This document shows positions 60,366-64,000 of a stretch of DNA of 64,000 nt, one piece after another (position 1 is the first letter of the stretch; every line of letters starts with the position of its first letter). Below the pieces are notes generated by a model, which had not been told where the DNA came from, did no database searches, and worked only from the letters and a program-made list of their open reading frames with translations. This stretch comes from Balanoglossus misakiensis. Its lineage: Eukaryota > Animalia > Hemichordata. The stretch is from NCBI GenBank assembly GCA_040954595.2, contig CM082576.2:10233129-10297128 (forward strand), given 5' to 3'. The translations under genes were made by a program, and so were the position numbers.

Positions 60366-63300
60366 CTGAAAAGTGGTGAATCTCATTGGTTGGTGTAGAG
60401 TTGGCGGTGGGAGTAAGTAAGGCAGCTAGGTGGAGATCCCATTGATAGAAGCTCTAACAAAATCACCTCTCTTGTACAAGAACTTGCAACAGTTTGATTT
60501 TAGATTAAACCCACCAAATCTATTTACATCCTGGTCACAAGTTGTACACTTGAAAAAAGCCGGTGTGTGGAGTTGGTTCTGCTTAAATTCTGTAGTCAGA
60601 CTCAGTATTGCTACTGAAAGTGGTGTTTTCTACTTAAACTATTTATAATCAAATTCAGTGTTAGTGTCACTGTAAGTAGTTGAAAGTATTCTACCACCAA
60701 CTCGTCAACACCAGAAAGACCCAGCTAGTGGAGGTGTTTACTGTGAGGTCACGATTTCTGTGCATCTGGGTTCATGTAAAAAACACTACTGGGGCACAAA
60801 CTACCATGCACTGCACTAAAGTTCCAGTCCTGTGAGAGCACTTTGTGTTCTAGAACAGGACTGACCAGCACCCAGAAAAGTCACAGAGTGGATGTGGAGC
60901 CACTTCCATTGACTCAATCTTTCTGAAAGTTTTAGTCGAGAAATTCAGCAGAACACTTTCGAAGTCATTGGTGGTAGTAGAGTTCATTGTGAAAGTGTGA
61001 CTTTAGTAAGGGGGCCTAACACTTATCAGTGAAGCTATAACGTAGTGATGGACAAAGCTGCAGCTAAGCAAGGGCCTATTATACCACAGACAGACACATG
61101 GTGCAACCTCAAGGGACTGAACTTTCAGTTTAAAAGAATGCCTGTCGAATGTCGTGTATTCATTGTATTTACGTATATTAAGTGTGCAATAATAACTATT
61201 TTTAGATGTTTTCCAAGACAAAATCTGTCTTTTTAACGAGTACGAGTTTTGGTGAGGAATTATATTTATTCATGACGTGTATGGTATTTTGAAGAATATT
61301 TTAAAAGTTGATCAAGAATATGCAAATGTGGCAATATGAAACAATGATTCACTAAATATGAATAAACTTTATGATTTTTCAAAGTGATTTCTGTTTTTAT
61401 TACTGTTCTGCTGACTGATCCCTCTATGTTTATGGTAGTTTCACTTCTTTTAGGCATGACTCTTTCAGCCTGAGATGTGTCACTCCATTCTCATGATAGT
61501 CTTGTCAGACCTACATAGGTGGTTCAACTGTGTGCATACCCAAAACACAGCTTGATGGTTGACATGGTGTAGTATACTATGCTAGATTGGTTTGATGTTG
61601 CCATGTGAGGGGGGGGGGGGGGGGGGAGGAGAAGAGTGTCAATGTGTGAAATAGAAGTAATGGCGAACAGTGTTTTCTTGATAATCACATGGTTTATTCC
61701 AAGATGACTCAATTACACTGTAATATTTGACTTCAACTGACAGAACAGATAACAATGCTATTGAAATGTGGGATGTTGGCAACTTCAAAGGACTGAAGGA
61801 AAAAAAATGACCACAGCGGGACTGAAATGTGAAATAAATAAGTTACAATAGCGATGCTAGCAAAGTACGTTGTAACATTGCTCCATTTTAGCCCCAAAAT
61901 CCAGTTCTGGCACATCTAGAGGGTCCACCATAAAGTGGTTGTTCAGGAAATGAAATTCACAGACACAAAGTGGCCGTACCACATGAATTCAAGTGTAGTG
62001 TTTGTGGACATTCTTATTGCTGTTACAGTGGTATATATTTTTATGCATGTAAACGAAAAAAATGTTTGAAGTTATAACATGGATATATTTTTTAAAAATC
62101 AACTTGCATGTATGGTCTAGTCTTATTGCAGACTGTTCATGCACATAAAATAAATAAGCGATTTAAAAGGGTAAACTATATATACGCAACATCATTTAAA
62201 AAATAAAAAAGCAAAGAAAGAACGTTCACAAGAGACACATAGTGCCCTAGTAATATTTCATTCTGATGCCATACTATTTATCATTTGTCAGATTGATGTC
62301 AAATATTGTTAGCAATATTAAAGAAAACCATTGGTAAAATCTGCTAATTTGGCAATATTGGAACGTATCTTAACAGTGGCATGAGTACTTTTGTAAAATC
62401 TGTCCATCAGTTAGGTTGGTGAGAAGATGGTTCAAATCTGAGAGTTGTCACAGTTTGAATAATTGTACAGACACCGGAAATTCAAATGTTTTATGGAATA
62501 GCCATGGAAGTCTCTCAGAAAAGTGTGCAATGAAAGGCATAGCACAACTGTGATCTGTGTGTATCCTGTGATTCATAAAGGACAATAAACTTGACCGCGA
62601 AGGCCAATTTCATGACCCCTATGTGACCTTTACATCCTGGCATCTTGATTACACTTAATGGTGAATGATGCATGATGGCGGACAGTGTATACAGAAATGA
62701 GTGCTAACAAGACCAAATAAACAGAAAAAAGCAACTTTGTGTCTGCATATTTCACTACATTAATACAGTACTGTACAAATATGGTATACAATACTACACT
62801 GCAAAATCTTTATTTTTACAGGGAATTTAATTTTGCTGGGGTAAAAATGGTCTTTCACTTTGTCCTGGCTATAACACGGAAAACAAAGACGATTAGAATT
62901 TCCCACGATGTGTTGTTTTGGCAGAAAAGAAGCTGGTTTCAGTGATATATTGTTAAAATTAATTCCCGAATGAAAATATATTATTTCACAGTACAAAAGA
63001 CAAAGTCAAATATGAAGCACCCAGACTGCAGACTGTATTCCATTCAAAAAGTTTGTTGAAACACCCAATAAGTATTTTTTTTTTGGCTCAAATATATTCA
63101 CAGAGAAACACAACACCACGTTTTGCATGTCAGCGACATCATTTTGACTGTTATAGTGTTAACCAAGAATCTCAATGCACATTTCCTGAAATAGCATTCA
63201 TCTGTCAGCAAGGTACACTGAGCAATAAACATCTACATATCACACTTGACAAAATTTACTGTGGGCAGCCCTAGGTAATTCAAAACATGATGCGATACAG

Positions 63301-64000
63301 ATAACCCTGAATATTAAATGCGCCATTATCTACTGATATTGATTATCAGCATGCAGAATATACTGAAAGTCACAAATTGTCAGACAAGAGTATCTCTGTG
63401 ATGACCCCTTACAAAAAGGAGAGAAGGATGTGAGTACATTTGCACAAATTAAATGCCTGCTTGAGTGACCATGCAACACTAGACCTGGTGGAATTCTGGA
63501 TGGAGGGATACGATTTGGTCTGTGCTTTCACTCTCATAGGAAGTCTCAATCTCATGAGTGCATACCACTCAACTGATTAGAAATTTGAATACAATTCTCC
63601 AACACTGGTTTAGTTCTAGTGAAAGGTTCCAGCACCCACAGACAACATCCATGAAAGTAAAAGGCAATTTAGACTGCGGAGTCAACTGATAAACCAGTTT
63701 CTGAATAGATTGTACAACTCACACAACTGTTAAATTCTGATATTTTGAAGGGTGACCAGATTCTCTCATTGCTGGGATTCTAAATGATCAGTCAGCCAGA
63801 GAAAAAGTTCTCAAATATTTCCATTTGTATGTCCCGTAAGGCTAGTATGATAAATGAAGGCACAAGAAACAGAAATTAATGCGGATGAATGCCAAGAATA
63901 TTAGGCCACCATGTCTACATCAGTAAATGACAAGGCTGAAACCACCATATTGGATTTGGCATGACAAACTCACACCGAGTATGGATACACACACACAGTG

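Noticed and set aside
60400-64000. Possible additional gene at the right end
   Set aside because: No convincing exons or ORFs; it looks like 3' UTR or intergenic sequence.

Overview
AT-rich, intron-rich animal genomic DNA, probably from an invertebrate deuterostome such as a hemichordate or echinoderm (inferred from gene content and style, not proven). I reconstructed nine spliced protein-coding genes by hand from GT-AG boundaries: kinesin light chain (-, runs off the left edge), a CIMIP1/C20orf85-like ciliary gene (+), eIF5 (-), LCLAT1 (-), a galactose-3-O-sulfotransferase (+), NSL1 (+), a CXorf65/C22orf15-family gene (-), a DyP-type dye-decolorizing peroxidase (-) and CGRRF1 (+). Gene identities come from recalled family motifs; no database search was run. 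Highlights: (1) a 10-exon DyP peroxidase of a mainly bacterial/fungal family with an apparent mitochondrial presequence; (2) a spliced, poor-context uORF overlapping the eIF5 start; (3) duplicated, mutually exclusive KLC TPR exons plus an 18-nt microexon; (4) a frame-essential 10-nt microexon in LCLAT1; (5) a U12-type intron in CGRRF1; (6) a 733-bp higher-order tandem array with an inverted copy at the CGRRF1 promoter; (7) many small non-autonomous DNA transposons (Academ-like with 9-bp TSDs, hAT-like, piggyBac-like, a 191-bp-arm palindrome and a P-like footprint).
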